A stretch of DNA of 64,000 bases from an uncultured cyanobacterium (GTDB lineage: Bacteria; Cyanobacteriota; Cyanobacteriia; Cyanobacteriales; Xenococcaceae), in the NCBI GenBank assembly GCA_963799375.1, contig CAWCWY010000005.1:21041-85040 (forward strand), written 5' to 3'. A model generated the notes under the pieces. The model did no database searches. It was not told the origin of the DNA and saw only the letters and a list, made by a program, of their open reading frames with translations. Position 1 is the stretch's first letter; each line of letters opens with the position of its first letter. Below, one piece after another: positions 61,564-64,000 of this stretch. The position numbers and the translations under genes are program-made.

Positions 61564-61814
61564 TGCGATCGTTCTGCAATACCTTGGCGAATTGCATCAT
61601 TCATTTCATCTACAGTTTTTGGTTTACCTTCATATTGCAAATGTCCAGCAACATCTTCTAATTTAGTTTCTGGAAAAGGCTGTTTGGGTTTTAGTAGGAC
61701 ACCATCCCCTGTATCGATCGCGATTAATTCTTGTCCCGCTAACCAATTATGGGTGTCTCTTATTGTTTTAGGAATAATTACTTGACCTTTACTTGATAGC
61801 CTAGTGGTTTCCAT
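61560..61814 (-). CDS. AbrB/MazE/SpoVT-family antitoxin
   Basis: TRLSSKGQVIIPK.IR; ATGA overlap with the PIN gene. Confidence 0.88.
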   Translation of the reverse strand: METTRLSSKGQVIIPKTIRDTHNWLAGQELIAIDTGDGVLLKPKQPFPETKLEDVAGHLQYEGKPKTVDEMNDAIRQGIAERSQ

Positions 61815-61842
61815 AAAAGAATAGGTAAGATTATAGTAAGAA

Positions 61843-63324
61843 TTATAGTCGTAAACCAGAACTGTTTAAAAGTTTGTCATAAATCTCTCGATGTTCAGCC
61901 AAGAAAGTCTCTTGAGTAAACAATTTCAAAGAACGTTCTAGAGCTTTTTCTCCATATTGCGATCGCTCTTCTTCATCCATCAATAATAACTTTAAGATCG
62001 CGGATGCCATTTGTTCGGGTTGGCTGGCGCGAACTAGCAACCCTGTATCTGCGATCGCTTCTCGCACTCCTCCTACATCGGTGGAAACAATAGTTGCTCG
62101 ACTAAGCATGGCTTCAATGATGGCAAAAGGAAACCCTTCAGAGATGCTTGCCATAGCTACTACATCAGCTTCACTATATGCCCGCCAAGGTTCGCTAGTA
62201 AAGCCTGCAAAGTTAATTGTGTTTTCTAATTTATGTTCTTTTACTAATGCTTTACACTGGGCAAAATAGTTTTCATCGGAAGCTTTGCCATAAAAAACAA
62301 ACTCCACATCGGGAATTTGTTCGCGGACAATTATTGCTGCTTTAATTAAATCTAATTGACCCTTGAGGGGAAAGATCAACCCCATATTCATTACTTGGGG
62401 ACGTTTTTTTTTAACTGGTGGAGTGGGATGAAATTTCTGAGGATCTGCACCGTTATAAATTACCTTAATCTTTTCTTGCCGAACTCCCCACCAACGCTCC
62501 CAACGGGCATTAAATTCACATACAGGAGAGATTAAATCGGCATAGTGGAAGTTAACTTTAACGATCGCACCCATCAAGCGATATAAAAACTTACGCACGA
62601 ATAAGGAAGGGATACTTTTGTTTAAGTTAAGGTACTGTTCGCGGATATTAATACCATGTTCGGTGAGTAAGTATGGCGTACCTCTTTGTAGTTTGGCAAT
62701 GACGCAAGGAAGTCCACAAAAAGCTGCTGCGGAGGAATGGGTAAGATCGGTTTGGGGTACGGGGATATGGATAGTAATTAAAAACCGATATAGCAAACGC
62801 ATCGCTTCGGTTAATTCGGTTAAGGTTACTCCCGTAAGATTTTCTTGCTGACAATAGTCCCAGGCTAAATGTTTAAAGGTTGACCACACCCCAGGAGAAT
62901 TCATTGTCTTGTGGTAGTCATAAACTAAGAAATATTCGTGGAGAGATAAAATTAACTTTCCCAAAGATTTTGGTTCGGCTTTAGTAAAAAGTACTGCTCT
63001 AATAAAGGACTCCCACAAGGGTAAAAATTTGGTTTTGATTAATTTGGAAGTGACTTCTTGTTTACTGTTGAGAGCAGACGAAAAAGGCGATCGCCAGCTA
63101 TACTCAACGGGGTCATCCATTCCCCATAAGGGTATTTTAAATACTTCTAGAACATTAGGAGTAAGGTCATAGCGGATCTCCTGATACGGATTTGCCACTA
63201 TAGCCAAAAGTTTGAAATCGATTTCTGGTAGCTGGCTCGTTAAGACATGACACCAAGTACTAACTCCCCCTTTAGCAAAAGGATAAGTCCCTTCCGTGGC
63301 TAGTAGTATACAAGGTCTTGTCAA
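61843..63324 (-). CDS. pelF: PelF-like GT4 glycosyltransferase (DUF3492)
   Basis: EGTYPF..GGVSTW, LLTEHGI..RE, SISEGFPF..IEAM, TDVGGV. Confidence 0.8.
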   Translation of the reverse strand: MTRPCILLATEGTYPFAKGGVSTWCHVLTSQLPEIDFKLLAIVANPYQEIRYDLTPNVLEVFKIPLWGMDDPVEYSWRSPFSSALNSKQEVTSKLIKTKFLPLWESFIRAVLFTKAEPKSLGKLILSLHEYFLVYDYHKTMNSPGVWSTFKHLAWDYCQQENLTGVTLTELTEAMRLLYRFLITIHIPVPQTDLTHSSAAAFCGLPCVIAKLQRGTPYLLTEHGINIREQYLNLNKSIPSLFVRKFLYRLMGAIVKVNFHYADLISPVCEFNARWERWWGVRQEKIKVIYNGADPQKFHPTPPVKKKRPQVMNMGLIFPLKGQLDLIKAAIIVREQIPDVEFVFYGKASDENYFAQCKALVKEHKLENTINFAGFTSEPWRAYSEADVVAMASISEGFPFAIIEAMLSRATIVSTDVGGVREAIADTGLLVRASQPEQMASAILKLLLMDEEERSQYGEKALERSLKLFTQETFLAEHREIYDKLLNSSGLRL

Positions 63325-63326
63325 TT

Positions 63327-64000
63327 TTACTTTCCTCCAGCAACCGTCTGAGGCATAAACTGCACCTGAGCCAATTGACCAATCAATAAATCGTCAGTTG
63401 AGTTGGTAAATTCAACTTCAACTAGATAATCTAACTTTTCGGTGGGCAAAGGATTTACAGTCGCAATCTTACCCTCAAATTTTTTAGCTGTCACTCCCGA
63501 TCCTAATTTTACGATCGCTGTTTGTTCAGTTGAAAGGGCATTAATTAGGCGGGCGTTAACTGGTACAGTAATTTTTAGCTGTTCTAATTTGGCTAGCTCT
63601 ACTACTGGATTACCACTATAGATTTGTTCTCCCACTGCTACGGGTAACTGTGCCACAACACCTGCTTCTGTGGCTGTAATTACCTTATGAATTTCGGGTA
63701 CTTGGTATTTGTTTAGCTGGACTGCTTGTTCCCGTAATAAAGCTAATTTGGATGTTGCTTGCTGATATTCTAAATTTACGGTTTGCTTTTGTTTTATCAG
63801 GGATGCGATCGCGTCTTCTTGTTCTTGGAGAGTTAGCTGTGACTGTAGCTGGGATAATGCTCTTTGGTTTTGGGCTAATTCTTGATTGGCTATGGATGCT
63901 GCGATCGCCATATTGTAGTCTAGTTGAGCTATGTCTAGCTCTGACTGTGCCTGTTCTAGCTTATCGAGAGAAATTGCTCCTTCTTTATATAGGTTTGATA
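63327..64000 (-). CDS. HlyD-family periplasmic adaptor (5' end outside window)
   Basis: Coiled coil followed by ITA..AGVV...V.VGEQI..G.PVV; frame continues to window edge (..YKEGAISLDKLEQAQ..). Confidence 0.75.
   Translation of the reverse strand, partial: SNLYKEGAISLDKLEQAQSELDIAQLDYNMAIAASIANQELAQNQRALSQLQSQLTLQEQEDAIASLIKQKQTVNLEYQQATSKLALLREQAVQLNKYQVPEIHKVITATEAGVVAQLPVAVGEQIYSGNPVVELAKLEQLKITVPVNARLINALSTEQTAIVKLGSGVTAKKFEGKIATVNPLPTEKLDYLVEVEFTNSTDDLLIGQLAQVQFMPQTVAGGK

Noticed and set aside
3295-62854. Many 60-184 aa ORFs overlapping longer genes (e.g. 3295..3849, 22353..22742, 48247..48669, 50466..50876)
   Set aside because: Antisense or alternate-frame shadows with no motifs.
1-64000. 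High density of GCGATCGC
   Set aside because: This is HIP1, a normal cyanobacterial genome feature; used only as a taxonomic clue.

Overview
AT-rich cyanobacterial chromosomal window. It has many HIP1 octamers (GCGATCGC), 7-nt short tandem repeats and typical cyanobacterial genes (crtD, pucC, COP23, Uma2, dapL, a tocopherol methyltransferase next to hppD). The most notable feature is a ~10 kb redox cluster at 6.3-16.4 kb. It encodes its own System II cytochrome c maturation pair (ResB/CcsB-like and a long CcsA), a membrane-anchored tandem globin, a second globin and two exported multiheme c cytochromes. One of these looks like a hydroxylamine-oxidoreductase (HAO) scaffold missing its catalytic heme motif. 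The cluster also has a DUF3365/Tll0287-like monoheme lipoprotein, a His-rich membrane protein, a Tat-exported Rieske protein and a pentapeptide-repeat protein. Next to it is a nitrogen-scavenging region: a lone sll0787/NitF-like gene, Cu/Zn-SOD, cynABDS, a PAS kinase with an AraC-type response regulator and NtcA-like boxes, an M42 peptidase and a circularly permuted ATP-grasp protein. The rest is mostly housekeeping, with decayed toxin-antitoxin loci, an end-less IS701 fragment splitting a glycogen debranching gene, and the tail of a PelF-containing operon. Several families of tiny mobile repeats occur, including a 45-76 nt element inserted in frame inside two genes. About ten genes carry single-base frameshifts, which are most likely sequencing or assembly indels. 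No rRNA, tRNA or CRISPR array was seen. All family assignments come from motif recognition by eye, not from database searches.
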